Shown here piece by piece: positions 24,318-37,564 of a stretch of 64,000 nt of DNA; the stretch's first letter is position 1; every line of letters begins with the position of its first letter. The notes under the pieces are model-generated. The model was not told the DNA's origin. It ran no database searches and saw only the letters and a list, made by a program, of their open reading frames with translations. This DNA is from Camelus dromedarius (taxonomy: Eukaryota), in assembly GCF_036321535.1 (NCBI RefSeq), contig NC_087437.1, forward strand, positions 19,532,001-19,596,000. Direction: 5' to 3'. Both the position numbers and the translations under genes were made by a program.

Positions 24318-25325
24318 CCTATTGCCGATCAGGACTTAAGAAGTGGAGCCACCGTGCATGTCATGGAATAAGGGGTGTATGATAGGAACCAGACTTTCCA
24401 CAGTTGGGGGAGGAGCTGGAAAGAGGTCTGTGTTATGGGCTGAACTGTGTCCCCCGCCCCAAATTCATATTTTGAAGCCCTAACCCCCAGTACCTCAAAA
24501 TATGGCTATGTTTGGAGATAGGGTCTTTAAAGAGATAATTAAAATTAAACGAGGTCACTAGAGTGGGTCCTAATCCAATCTGACTGGTGTCCTTATAAGA
24601 AGAGGAGATTAGGACACAAACCCACACGTGGGGGAAGACCACGTGAAGACACAGCGAGAGGTCCACCATCTACAAGCCAAGGAGAGGGGCCTCAGAAGAA
24701 ACCAGACTGGCAGATATGTTGATCTCAGACTTCCAGCCTCCAGGACAATGAGACAACAAATTCTGGTCATTTGACTCACCAGCCTGAGATACTTTGTTAT
24801 GGGAGGCAGCCCGAGCAAACTACTATACTCTGGAAGGGAGGCCAGAGGACCAATAAAGTTACAATCCGTCTTCCTATAGCCCTGGGGTAGATGGACAGTT
24901 GGATCCGGCAGGGCAAATCTGAGAATCTAAGCAGGTCGGGCTGCTGAAGTGGGCATGTGAACGGGGAGCCCCCGGAGAGCTCTGTGGGAAGTTGCTGCCT
25001 CTCCAGCTGCCTGCTCTGTTACTAAGAATCCAGTGGTGAGCCTGGGGCCACTGTTGGTGATCAGGGTTAGAGACCAGGATGAAGAGCCAGATACAGAGTG
25101 ATAGAACACAGCAAGTTGGAATCCATCAGGCACCTCCGTGTCCACCCGTACCCTTCTTTGAACTCAGAAACCTTCAGAGGGAAGTGGTTACTGCTTCATT
25201 TCCACTTCCTGAATCTCATGCAAATTCCGCTTTTAGCCAGCTTGAACTTGGAACCCTGGAGAGGAGTGGTTTCTGGGTAACATAGCTTCCCACTTGACCC
25301 AGGTGACTAAAGAATTAACCCTTCG
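24318..25325 (-). mobile_element. Ancient LTR (LTR78-like), interrupted by a MaLR LTR
   Basis: 'gctgctgaagtggg', 'ctgcttcattt...atctcatgcaaattcc...ggaaccctggagaggagtggtttctgggtaacatagcttccc' resemble recalled LTR78-type sequence. Confidence 0.6.
24431..24827 (+). mobile_element. MaLR LTR (MLT1A/MLT1B-like), full length
   Basis: 'tgttatgggctgaactgtgtcccc...gggtcctaatccaatctgactggtgtccttataagaagagg...gacttccagcctccag...tttgttatgg...aaacta'; 5-bp TSD GTCTG / CTCTG. Confidence 0.92.
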
Positions 25326-27904
25326 AGATGCTCTGGAAATAAAAGAAAGGCAGTCTGAGATCTAACAGGCTGTATAAGTACCACAAACTATAACCCTCAT
25401 CATTTGCACATTAAAGACTCTTAGAAGTCTTGCTGAAAAGAAACCCATTTAATTTTGATCAAACATTTCCCAGACTTCTTTGGTCACTGAAACCTTCTTT
25501 CTCCCGGGCATAGCAACTATTGACAACCTGGTGCCCTGGATAGATGGGTGTTGGGCACCACTGCTGCTGGCAGCCTGTCAAGCAGTTGTCCATTCTCCTG
25601 CTCAGTCCCCTTCCTGGCTGTGTTCTCCTCCCAGACAGCAGCTCCTTCCTCAGTTGGCACTTCTGCCCAAGAGTCCTCCTCTGCTTCCTCTTGCCAGTTC
25701 CTGTCCTGCCCCGGGGCCACACAGCATCTGCCAGAAAGTCAAGCCTACCATGCCCTTTTCCCAGCCATCACCAGCATCGTGAATGGGTCGGGGCTGACCA
25801 GTACTAACCTGGAGCTGAAGGGGCATACTGGGTGGATGATGTTTGTGAAGGGACTCTGGAGGAACTCAGCCAGTGTGTTCCCGACTGCCCAAGATCCAAC
25901 ACAGACTGTCCCTAAAAATCCTTGTTTGTGACAGATTCACTTTTGGAACAGATTAGAGCAGATACTTTGCTGTCCCTTAACAGCATCGTGCTCACTCCCC
26001 TGCTCGGCAAGATTGCTTCCTTGAGTGGAGAGGATGGCGATGGCTCAGAGTGGAGTCGGAAAGGGAATCATGCGTGGCCCAGGGAAGCCCCTGGGAGTGC
26101 GGCACCCAATTAACTCTCATCCGTCATGTGATCCAAGTGCATACGATAGGAAGCCCAGCTGCTTTGGACAAATGGTAGGGATTATTACTTGGATAAGATT
26201 TTAAACAATCAACCAGATGTTTCCAAATCTATTGCCTCAGAATCCAGGCTATTGTGATATTTACACTCGGTCCTACCAGGCCCTGTGGATCTGAACAAAT
26301 GCGCTCTGCAATACCGAAGGTGCTGGAAACGCCGGCCCAAACAGAAACCAGAGCAGAGGGAAGCTTTGCACAGTGTCTTGATGCTCTTATTTTCTTTGTC
26401 ACTTCGAACATTCATTTAGGACTTGAAAGCTAAGTTTTACCTACATCCAATCTCATCTTGGAACTCAAAAGATGAAAATAAAAAGACAGACATCTTTCTG
26501 ACAAGATTGCAGCAATTGGTTAGCTTGACAGGGCTTTAAATAGCGGTTACTGGAAAAGAGCTGAAGTGTCTAAAAAGAGTGCATTCCATTTCTCACCTCC
26601 TGCCCCCCCACTCCCAAGGGTCAGTGGGCAAAAGAGCTATAATTACACCTCAAGTGGTTTTAATGACACAGGAGGGAATTCTGAAGCCCTAGGTTGGAAC
26701 AAAAGCAGAGGCCTGTGTTCAGTTGGGCATAGTTCACAAATCTCCTAGCTTTCTCCAGATAAAAACAGTCCTGAGAATTCCTGAGGGACAAGAGTCCCTG
26801 GAGGGGGCCCAGAGATGGAAATAGATGCATTTATTTTAAGTAGCTTGGAACCCTGGCCTCTAAGACCACCTCTTCTCTACCCTTCAAATTTCTATGTAAA
26901 TTAGGGCTTGGAAGAGAGACAGACTTGGGTAGTTTTCCATATTCTTGGGGAAATCTATTCTGGGAGTGAAATTCCCAGTTTCTCCCTGAGGAACCAAAGT
27001 TATCAGAAACATCCATGTGTCCTCTTAAGTATCTGAAAAGAAAGGAAGGAAGGAAGGAAGCCAGCAAGAGTCACCCGTGGTGTGTACGTGTGCTTGTGCG
27101 TGTGCCTATATGTGTGTTGGGAGCAGCGGGGATACCAAAATTATCAACTGGCTCAAGGCCACACCCCTGCTTCCCTTGGCCTCCTGGCTCTCCTGCCTTG
27201 AGGCTGATTGGGATATCCACAATGGTCACCCCGGGGACTCCGGAGAAAAGATGGGGAAGGAGAAAGACATGTGAAAGGGGCTTTCCAGCATGGAGTACCC
27301 TGGCTGCGGCCAGTTCCATCCGGAGTAAGGATCCTGGCCAAACAGATGCATTTCCCAAAGAACCAGCAGAGGGAGCCTGGCGTGGAAGCCAACTGTCTCA
27401 AAAGACCTCAGCCGAGAGTATTAGCAATTCTGATTTCCATCTGTTTCTCTGCGTTGTTGACACCAAACAAATAACAAAGGACCCCTCCTTGAAGCTGCAG
27501 GTGGATTTATGCTCCTCAGCTGATGAGAGGCGCCTCCTGCTTCAGGCGGTGTGGAGGCAGCCCTGCCGCTTTAAGGTGAGCAGTCCGCTCACCTGCTCCT
27601 CCGCGCTGATGAATCCTCCCCCCTCCCCCCAAGCCCGGTGTATAGAAGCCCTGGGGAGTGGGAGCCGCTGTCCCCACGGTGGAAGGATGCGGTGTGGGGC
27701 TGCCACCCCTAGACACTTGAGGGACAAGGTGGCCGCTCAAGGAGTCCATTCTGGAAGATAAAGTTTTCCAGGACAATGTGAATGGAGCCGGGGGGAGAGG
27801 CTTGGCCCCACCTGGGAAGGATGACAACTTAGATAACAGGGCAGACTTGCTGGCCAGCGAGGTGGGTCAGCACAGGGACAGGTGGGAAAATTTATGAGAT
27901 GTAT

Positions 27905-28556
27905 TTTTTTTTTGTATTACATTTTTTCCTTTTTGGTCGAGATATGATATACACATCATAAAATGTATAGAACGCACAAGTCTTGAGTGCACAGCTTGAT
28001 GGTTTTTTGCCTCTGTAGACGCCCATGTGACACCATCCAGATCAAGATATTGAACATTTCTAGCACCCAAGAAGTTTCCTTTGAGCCTTTTCCCACTCAG
28101 TACCTACTCTCCCATGATAAAGATTCATTTGACTTGTTATCATTCATAAATTTTGCCAGTTGTTTGACTATGTACAGTACGTTTACATTTGTGTCTGGAT
28201 TTTTTTAACCCAATATAATATAATGTATGATTTGTCCACATTATGTTGAGCACAAGTAATTTATTCTTTCCCAAGGCCGGGTGGTATTCCATTGCACGAA
28301 TATGCCACAATTTGTTTATCCAGTCTTCCGATGGTGGACATTTTGGTTGTTATTGTTTCGTGACTATTATAAATAAAGCTTCTGTGAACATATATTCTTG
28401 GGCCAGTCTTTGTGCGGACATATGTGCTCATTTCTGTTGCGTATATATCGAGAAATGGAATTGCTGGTTATAGGGTAGTTTTATGTTTAGCTTTAGTCAG
28501 TACTGCCTAACAGTTTTGTAAAGTGTTGGACCAATTTACACTCCTGCCAGCAGTGA
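27905..28556 (-). mobile_element. Old L1 3' end (L1MB/L1ME-like)
   Basis: 'cagatcaagatattgaacatttctagcaccc', 'gtattccattgcacgaatatgccacaatttgtttatcca', 'ggaattgctgg'. Confidence 0.85.
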
Positions 28557-28889
28557 GGGCTGTTATAACGGAGAGCTTCTAAACCAAGATTGTCCTGGCC
28601 ACACCTCTAGCCTGACTCCCACTGTTTTTCTGGCTCTCTTGCAGGCTCCACTTAGGCCAACACCCTGCCTTGGTCATGACTAGGGTCATGAATAAGGAGT
28701 TATTCCAACAGGATTTAGTTCAAGGCCATGGTCAGTCTTGGGGTCAGAGTTAAGGATCAGACTGCAGCCAAGGAGAGAGAAAGAGCATCTTCTGATGCAG
28801 GCACTGAACCAGTCTTTTTGGCTGGCATTCTTTGGGGCTCTTTACTCACTGTGGTATCAGTGACTGGGATGCTGCTGGCTGAGGGTACC

Positions 28890-29055
28890 ACTGACTGAGC
28901 CTCTAGTGTTGGCCACTGTCTCCTCCAGTCCTCATGATAATCTGATATGGGAGATAATATTATCCCTGCCTAGAAACTGAGGAAACCAAAGCTCAGCAAG
29001 GTTAGACAGCCCCCTCCACGTACACAGCTGGTAGGTGGTGGAAGGGATTCATACC
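28890..29055 (-). mobile_element. MIR fragment
   Basis: 'tgaggaaaccaaagctcagcaaggttag...acacagctggtaggtggtggaagggattc'. Confidence 0.7.
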
Positions 29056-30029
29056 CTCATACAAAACCCTTGCTTTTCTTTCCTTTTGTAAATTTGCTTA
29101 TTCTTTGCAAACACACATTTGACATACATTCAAAAAGACAAAAATAGAAAACACAAAGAAGAGTAAGCCATGCTTCTACCTCCTCTTCCACCCAGTTCTT
29201 CTCCCAGGTCCGACCACCATCACCAGTTCCTTGTGTGTCCTTCCACGGGTTGTGCATTTACAAACATAGACAGATACTGAGAATAGTATTTTTTCCGACA
29301 CACGATCATGCATCTTGCTTTCTTAATTTAACAAAACATGTTGGGTTGCTTTTGATTTAGGTATACATCATGACCTCCCTTTTCACACCGACCCAGCCAG
29401 TCTCATATTCCTTCCTGAGCCCCTAAACAGCTGGCTGCAGGGGGAAGAGATACTTCCTTTTCCAGGACAAGAGCCTCCTGCCAGCCAGTCTTCATTTACA
29501 TTGTGTTGACTTATTAAAGTGAGATCCAAATGTTTCATTGCTCTCAATTACATTTATTAATGGAAGCCAAAAGCTTCCGAGGGTGAAGCTTATTGGAACA
29601 TATGGTCAACTTTCCACTCTGAGAGCCTGGGGCTGAGGAGTACAGGGAGGCAAGAGATAAGGATTTTAATAACTGTTTGGTTTTTCTTGATCCCTCCCTC
29701 CCCCAAATCATTAAAAAATGATCTCTCCTTCTTACCTTAAGAAGGATTGGACAATTTAAATCAAGAAAAACTCAAGAAAAAACTAGGGGATATACTCAAA
29801 TAGTAGTAATAACATCTACAGATATAGACAGCAGTTTTCTTTCAAATTTTGCCCAGTTTCTCCATGGTTTCAATATTCAGTTGGAGAAAATTTGTGGATT
29901 TAGGGCTGCATAAAAGACTCCGTCAATGCCTGGTTCACAGTTAAGGAAACTGAGTCTCAGAAAGAGAAGCATCATGCCCAAGGTGACCATGTGCAGAGAA
30001 AGAAAAAGAGAAAGAGACAGAGGTTGATG

Positions 30030-30360
30030 GATTGGGGTTGTCTGGAAAGCTTTTGGGAGGAGGTGGGCTTGAGTTTTGATTTGAAGGGTGGTTAGCATTT
30101 GATTATGTGAAAAGAAAGGAGAAGGAACCAAGGTAGGGGACACTGAGCAAACGTACAGAAACATGACTAGATAAGATATGCTTTGTAGTCAGTAAACATG
30201 ACAGTGTGGCTTGAAAAAAAGGTGCGTGTAAGGTAGTGGGAAATGAAGTCATGAGTGGAGGTTGGGACTTTGGGGGGAGATAGCTAAGATGTTTACATTT
30301 TGTCTTTGAGCAGCTTTTTGGGGGTTAGTGCCTAGGGGAGTATTAGAACAGATGATCTGG
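30030..30360 (-). mobile_element. L2 fragment
   Basis: 'ggaaagcttttgggaggaggtgggcttgagttttgatttgaagg'. Confidence 0.6.
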
Positions 30361-30735
30361 TAGTTCACCAAGATGTGGGTCTCCAGCTGGTCCAGCAAAC
30401 ACCCACTTGGCACCGTCCACAATCACATGCCAGCTATTGCGATTGGCGCTGAAGACACACAGAGGAAAATACCAAGCCTGGCCGTGAGGCACCATAGTTT
30501 CACGAGGGAGATTTGCTCCACGATGGGAGCCAAGGAAGGTAAATTAGGGGATATAAGATTTCACGTGTGGAAAGATGTGGGCTTTCATCAGTGTATTTGT
30601 GGTGGTCATGCGGGGAGGAAAAGATGAGGGGAGGATTTTGAACAAGGAGCTAGAGGCCAAGGGGAAAGATGGGATTTTGGTGATGAGTCTGGGAGGAGGT
30701 GACATTAGTCAAATGCTTCATAATAACCCTGTGAG

Positions 30736-30949
30736 CAGTGTTTCTGAATCGCTGTGCTGTTGACAGTTCGGCCTGGACCATTCTTTGTTGGGGGAGCTGT
30801 CCTGTGCGCTGTAGGATGTTTAGTAGCATCCCTGGCCTTTATTTACCAGATGCCAAAAGCATTCCTCACCAATCGTGACGATCAAAAATGTCTCCAGACA
30901 CTCTCAAATGTCCCCTTGTGGCACGACTGCTTACAGTTGAGGACAGCTG
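30736..30949. mobile_element. MER20 hAT-Charlie element inserted in a MIR (MIR continues to ~31110)
   Basis: CAG...CTG ends; 'tgtcctgtgcgctgtaggatgtttagtagcatccctggcc...aaaaatgtctccagaca'; duplication CCCT(G/A)TGAG on both sides. Confidence 0.9.
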
Positions 30950-31699
30950 CCCTATGAGGTAGGCAATTATAATCTCTACTTTATAAGTGAGGAAATTGAG
31001 TCTCAGGAAGGTTGACTGACTCCCCAGGATCCTTTAGCTAGAAAGTACAGCCAACAGGTTTGGAACCCAAGCAGTCCGGCTGCAGAGGCTGCACTCTTCA
31101 CCATGATGAGGCAGGACGAGTGGAGGAAAGATCAGTGATTCCAGCAAGGAGGTAAAGAAGTAAGTTGCTGAGCCTGGTGCTTCTTGGAAGCCATTTGCTA
31201 TCAACACTCTCAGAACAGGGCTGGATAGCTGGGCTGGCTCAGTCTAGCACAGTAGGAGGTGGCAACTGGTCAACCACAATTCTCCCAAGCCAAGAACTCT
31301 TTGAATATTAAAAGGTCAAAGGGAGCAACATTTATCTTTCCGTAAAGCTGAGCTCCCAGACTCCAAGGGATGTGTTACTGATATGCTGCAGTATTTCAGA
31401 AGTGATTACCCAGACTGCTTTGGCTTAAAATTCATTTTGTGGTTAAAAAGTTGATAGGCTGAAAAAAAATTCTATATCTGGAGATAATGTCTGCTTCTCC
31501 CCAAATCTAATTCAAGCCTCACACTGCCATTATAAAATCTATTGATCTGTCAGTTCGTCTCACATTGGAATAATGTAAATAATAATAATGGTGAATAATA
31601 ATTCACCACTCAGACACCTGGTGAATCAGTTAAAAACCGCATTGCTTCGCAGAGCATCTTCCCTGCCTCTTCCAGCCTACTTCCTGCTGCTTCTTAGCA

Positions 31700-31756
31700 T
31701 TCATTTATTTAGCTAACAAATGTGATAGTTGAATTTAATAACATTACTTTAGACCT

Positions 31757-31803
<47 letters not shown>

Positions 31804-31990
31804 TAAGACCGAGTTTCTGCCCTCAAGGAGTTCAGTCTGCTGATCAGTCTGGGGCAGGGTGTGCATCGTAAAAGGGGTGTAAGGCAGCACAGACAGTGGA
31901 CATAGAAGATGCAAAGTCCTGGAGGCAGATAGAGCTTGGAGTTTTGGAGGAATTGCATGTCATTTAATGTGGCTGCAAGGCAGAGTGTAG
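31700..31990 (-). mobile_element. L2 3' fragment
   Basis: 'cattcatttatttagctaacaaat...tctgccctcaaggagttcagtct...gcaaagtcctggaggcag'. Confidence 0.65.
31757..31800 (+). repeat. (ATAG)11 microsatellite
   Basis: Perfect tandem repeat. Confidence 0.95.
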
Positions 31991-32189
31991 GTAAAAACAG
32001 TGTCCATTTTAGGCAAGATGTAATCTACAGAGGCTTTGTTCCTTTCCATGCTGCTCTTTGTTTCTATTTCGTGGACCCCAGTCTATATTCCAATGCTTCC
32101 GCACCTTTCTAGTGTCAAACTCTGCACAAAGCCTTCCTAAGTACTGCCATGGCCCCTGAACCTCCTTTGACTCCTCATAGCTCTCAGGG

Positions 32190-33130
32190 TCCACACCCTG
32201 GACTGAGGTGCTTTGAGGACAGGAATTGTGTCTTATGATTCTCTGGTTCCTCAGCAGACTTTTAGGAAAGGACTGGCACTCAATGAATATTCTACTCTTT
32301 ATTTGTTTTGGAATTTCAGAGCATTGACTTGAAGAGCTGGTGTCACTCATTCTGGGCACATTTGACTGAAATCCTACCTCTGGGATTCTGGCTCTGCAGG
32401 GCATCACTTGACATCACTCTGTCCTGGGTTTCCTCTCACTTCTTTGGTTGGTCCTTCTTGGTCTCCCACGACATCTTCTCTGCTTCAGTGGTGCCTGGCT
32501 TCCCTGAGGTTCTGTCCTTGGATCTGTGGTCTCTCCACTGTCTATCTGTTGCCTGGCCAAGCTCACACACCTTGATTTTTAACTACTATCCACTTGGTGA
32601 CAACTCTCAGTCCAGCTGAGAGCTCTGAATGTCTCCAGACTTATCTCCACCAAGGACTGCCTCTGCCCATACGGCCTCCAAACTTACCATATGCCAAGCA
32701 GAATTCATCATCCTCCCCACCCCACCTCCCCAAGCCCACTCCTTTGCCTCCTGTGTTCTGTGGCCTGATGAATGGCACCAATGTCAATTCGAGGTGCCAA
32801 TCCTGGAATCTAGATAATGTTCTAGATTTCCCATCCCTTCCCCAGTCCTATCAGACACAAACCCAGTAGAGTTTCCCATCAAATTTCTTCTGGACCTGAA
32901 CCTTTCTCTTTACCTCTTTTTGCTAACAGCTTAGAATTTATTCTCTTTTGCTGAGATGCCAGCCCTTAGTTGCCCTTTCTGTCTCAATGAGAGTCCCACT
33001 CTCTTTCTAAAATCCAAGACTGATCTTTCCATTCTTCTATTTAAAGTTTTTAGGCAAACTTTAGGGATGCTATTTAAAGGCTTTGGCTGAACCCTCAAGA
33101 TGCTTCATAACCTTCCTCCTGCTACCCTTT
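32190..33130 (+). mobile_element. L2 fragments (3' end plus ORF2-region remnant)
   Basis: 'ggcactcaatgaatatt'; 'ctctgtcctgggtttcctctcacttctttgg', 'ccaaacttaccatatgccaagcagaattcatcatc', 'gaatggcaccaa'. Confidence 0.7.
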
Positions 33131-34101
33131 CCAAGAAGTTACTGGTTGGCAGAGACCCTGGAATGCAGGGCCTCCACAGTTTGTGGAGTGCATAAACATG
33201 TTTTGACTCTTTTGGATGTGATGTGAGTGTGTTTTTAGCTTGGAGTTGGATAGCACAACCTTCTGCCCAGCATCACGTTTGAATCCTGTGGTTCAGATTC
33301 ACAGGGTCTGACCTGTGACCTCTCTGCATGTTCTGTCACCTCATTATCTGTTCCAGAGAAGGTCTTGTCCTGTCATTAGGTCATTGTCAAATGTTCTGCC
33401 TTATCACTTGGGCTATGTCAGGGATGAGTGTTCTTCAAAAGGGAGCTCGTGTCCTTTTTATGAACAGGCTTGTTTGATTCCATAAAAAGAGGACTTAGAG
33501 CTTTATTCTATAGTAATCGTGAGAGAATCAGAACCCTAAGAGATTTTTATTTTGTAGGAATAAATTTGTCTAACATGGCAATGCTTACTGCACTGTTTAT
33601 TACTACACTAGCAATAACAATATCTTATGTATTAATGCTTTCATGATACAGAAGTGCCCTCTCATGCAGTATTTCATTTTTATTTTGATCATTGTGAGTT
33701 TGGAATGGGAGGTCTTACTATCTGAGGAGCAGAACTGGAATTTTGACTAGAAGGCAGTGGACTCCCTGTCCAGTGCTCATTAGTCTGGGGTTCACCGTGT
33801 CTTCTTTGGAAGACAACTCACCTCTGTAACACTACAGTTTCCAAAGTGGTCTTGTGTATGATTTTTTAGCTTATTTTATTTAAGGAAAACATTTCACTTT
33901 CTGCCTTTATCACTTTGATTTATGTCTCATACTCAGCACTAGTTGACTGAAACAGTGGGTAATGTTCTCTTTTTGTTCTAGCATTTTCTGAAAACTTACC
34001 AAGAAACTGCTGCTCTGGTACTAGTATTTTAGGACCTTGGACAGTGCCCAATCCAATGCTTGGGGCTTAATTAAGTCCCCATCTTACCTAATTTCAGTCA
34101 C

Positions 34102-34232
34102 ATAAGATAAAAAAGTTCTAGAGATCTGCCGTACAACGTACCTACAGTGAACAGTACTGTATTGTCCACTTAAAAATTGATTAAGAAAGTAGTTTTCATG
34201 TTATATGTGTTTTTCCCCCCACAGTAAAAAAA
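34102..34232 (+). mobile_element. L1MA/L1MB 3' terminal fragment
   Basis: 'aagttctagagatctgccgtacaac...acagtactgtattgtccacttaaaaattg'. Confidence 0.75.
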
Positions 34233-34711
34233 TTATTATCTGAGCCCTTAAAGATATTCTTGCCACGTTTGGGCACCAAAAAGTCCTTGCAATGCAGAGA
34301 ATCGGGTGACTAAGCTAGCAGCTGTCAAAGACAGTCTTGTCCTTTTATGTGGTAAAAGTGAGTTCTGGAGAGCTTGGAAAGCAAGAGCCAGGCTGCACAA
34401 ATAGTGGACATGTCTGGTCCCATAGGACCTGAGTTCCTAGGGCTTTGACATACAGGCATCACCATGCAATGTCAAGGGAAACAGGGCTGGGGGTACATAG
34501 CTCAGGAGGACATCAGAGTAACTGCTCAGTCACTCAGGTGATTCATTTTCTCTGTCTTCTGACTGTGCTGACTGAACTCAGCCTTCAGAACTCAGCTCTG
34601 ATGTCTCCTCCTCTGGGAAATCTTCTCTCATCCTTCATCTTAGAGTGACTCATTCCTGCCTAGGCGATCCCATTGCACTTTGTACACTTTTTGGTTCTGT
34701 CCCTTAGAAAA

Positions 34712-34930
34712 AGGCAATGTAGTGCAGAGTCAAAAACTTAGACTCTCCAACCATACTATGGGTTTGAATCCCAACTCTACTTACTAGCTGTGTGAACTTG
34801 GGTGAGTTGTTTCACTTTTCTACTTCACTTATGAAGTGGGAATGACAATGATGATGATGATGATGATGATGGTGACACCACCTGCCACACAGAGTGGTTG
34901 CAATGAACAACATGTGGAGTGTCCTGGGAC
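34712..34930 (+). mobile_element. MIR with internal (GAT)n
   Basis: 'gggtttgaatcccaactctacttactagctgtgtgaacttgggtgagtt'. Confidence 0.8.
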
Positions 34931-34944
34931 CACCATTGTTAAGG

Positions 34945-35090
34945 TCAGTACAGTTAGGCCAAGATTAGCATCACCTACTTGAATCCCACGGCACTGAGCA
35001 CATAGTTGGTTTAATAGTTATTTGTTGAATTCCAGACTTTACATAGTAGGTGCTCAATAGGCATTTGTTGAATCATTGATTGGATTGAAA
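34945..35090 (+). mobile_element. L2 3' termini
   Basis: 'acatagtaggtgctcaataggcatttgttgaat'. Confidence 0.7.
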
Positions 35091-35519
35091 TTAATCAGCA
35101 CTTATACAGGAAGAATATTATTGAATTAGCCAACCAATCAATGAAAATTTTAGGTGCTGACCAAGGGACTAGCCTGTGAAGATTTATAGGTCTTAGTGTA
35201 AAGTATAAAACACAGTACTCTCTATAATGTAATATGGATGTTTACTGTAAATATAATTAACATATTCCTTTGAGTACCAAACTCAACAGTCTAGCATAGA
35301 GCAGGATACTTAGTAGACATTTAAACAAATGTCTAGTGAATCAAATTTTCTTTGTTGAGTTTAAATGAAAAGGATCAGTTTACAAAAAAACCAAAATCAC
35401 CCAAACCCAGTCTGAAAATGACTCCCTAGGGCAAGTGGTAACAGCCTCCTCACATTGTGTGCCGTTCACCAAGCAGTCTAGAATGAGTTCTTCAAGACCT
35501 GGTGCTTCTCTTTGAGTCT

Positions 35520-35685
35520 TTAACTTTAAAAAATAATTATAGATTCACAGGAAGTGGCAAAGACAGTACAAGGAGGTCCTGTGCCCCCTCACTCAGATTC
35601 CCCCGATGACTGCATCTCATGTCACTGCAGCAGAATGTAGAAACAAAGAAAATGACGTTGGTACTGTGTGTATGTGTCATTCTCC
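35520..35685 (-). mobile_element. L1MC/L1MD 3' end fragment
   Basis: 'ataattatagattcacaggaagtggcaaagacagtacaaggaggtcctgtgccccctcactcag'. Confidence 0.75.
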
Positions 35686-36869
35686 CTTTGAACCGTAACT
35701 TTATTTTACCTGAGACAGCAGGGGAAAGGGCTTCAGAAGAAGGCCCAAAGTCCCCTCGGTAGGTGTTGGCCCGAGGGCCCCTCCCGTCCACAGGAGGCCC
35801 CTGCAGGAGAAGCATGAGGGAGCTTCCTGACCGTCCAGGCTCTCACCACCAGACACGCCGATAAGCAGGTATAGAAGACCAGGACATTTCAGACCTTGAG
35901 ATTCATGTGCTAGCTTTCCCTAGCCCTGTCTCAATTTGCTTCTCCCCTCCTTTCAGAGATCACTCGTGCCCCAGGACATAATTCTTTAATGGATCCCCAG
36001 TCTTAGGCTGGGCTGGGTACCTTCTGCGAGGTTCATAAACAGTCTTCCGAGGGTCTGATCCACTTTACGAGAAGGAACTGAGGTAGAGCCCAGTGCAGCT
36101 GAGACATCCACAACTTGCCCTGTTTATGAAGCTGCAAATAACCCACTCACTGAGGTGTCGGCGATGGTATTTTATAAGGGTTTAGAACACCTCATAAAGG
36201 ACTTTTATTCAGCATGCTTAATTTTAAATAGATCCTTAAATTGTAGGGCATCTAAATGCCAGGATTCTCTGAATATTTATATACCTTCTTTGAAGAGAAA
36301 AACAGCAGAAATGGCCAAGACAGAGAGCACAGGCCGCCATCCCCAGCTGCTTCAAAGGGCAAGGTTTGGAAAGGATGGGAGCGAGCTTTCTCTCTTATTA
36401 GTGGGGCTTTGAGAGATGTGGCAATTAAGAGCCGGAGGAAAACGGTAGAGAAACCTCCTCCGGCAAATAACACCGCAGCTGGGGGACGAGCAGTTCCCGC
36501 AGAATGCACAGAATACCTGTTACTGCGAAAGACCCAGCACGTGATAGGGACCTACTACGCACCAGCTTCATTTCAGAAATTATTTTAATCCTCACTGCAT
36601 GCAAATCAGGCAGGTGTTTTCATTTCCTCTCCAGAGAGGACCAAAGTGATGCTCACTACAGTGGGGCCAGGGAGCAGTGGACCCAGAATTCAATTTCTCT
36701 TGGCCTCGGGGACTCACTCCCCAAGCTTCGTTTATTGCAAAATGGGATGAGAAGAGAAGCAACAAAGTGTGTAAGAGTCAAATAAAATCATCAGCACAAG
36801 CAGAGCCGAGTGCCAGGTGTATAATACGTGTTGGATCGATATAAACTCCCATCATTATTTTATTTATTT

Positions 36870-37120
36870 TAATAAACAGGTACAGAGCAACTATTATGAG
36901 CTAAGTACTATTCTGAGCACTTTACAAGTCTCAAGTCATTTGATCACCCAGACAACACTATTAGGTGGAATCCTTGTCCTCTTACAGATGGGGGTGGAGA
37001 CACAGAGAGGTTAACCGCATCCCCCAAGGTCCCACAGCTAGGCAAGTGGCCGGGCTGAGGCTCAACCCTGAGCAGTCTGGCCTCAGAGCCCCTGTTCTGA
37101 GTCACTGCTGTGTGCTGCCT
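36870..37120 (-). mobile_element. MIR
   Basis: 'ttacagatgggggtggagacacagagaggttaac...ccaaggtcccacagctaggcaagtggc'. Confidence 0.85.
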
Positions 37121-37175
37121 CTGCTGTGGGTGGGACCACTGTGAGAGTTCATGGTCTACATGCGCTGCTGGCTAG

Positions 37176-37350
37176 ACCCGGGCTTCTCCCATCACCCAGA
37201 GGGCTCATTGTAACGCAGCTTACTGTGTCCCACCCTAGAGTTTGGGTTCTCGGTGGGCCTGGGGTGAGACCTGAGAGTGTCCGCTTCTAACAAGTTACCA
37301 GGTGGTGCCGATGTTGCTTGGCTGGGGACCACACTTTGAAAACCAGGGTG
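37176..37350. mobile_element. MER5A-like hAT-Charlie
   Basis: 'cttctaacaagttaccaggtggtgccgatgttgc...ggggaccacactttgaaaacca'. Confidence 0.75.
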
Positions 37351-37564
37351 TAGAACAAAGGCTGGACCCTTTTGCTCCTACATCCAGCCCAGGATGGGCT
37401 GTGAGAGCCTCTCTTGTCCTCTCTGCCCGCTCTGCCCACTCATGTCTCCCCAGGCTTTGTAGTGAGACTGAGTTTCACCCTCTCCTAGTGTTTGCTCTGG
37501 CTACCTGTTTCCCCTGCTCTTCTTTTCTTGACCCTTTAGAAGGCTGCTGACCCTCCATCTAACC

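Noticed and set aside
27015..27761. Longest ORF (248 aa)
   Set aside because: No recognisable domain, low-complexity start and no splice or promoter support; consistent with a chance ORF in GC-rich DNA.
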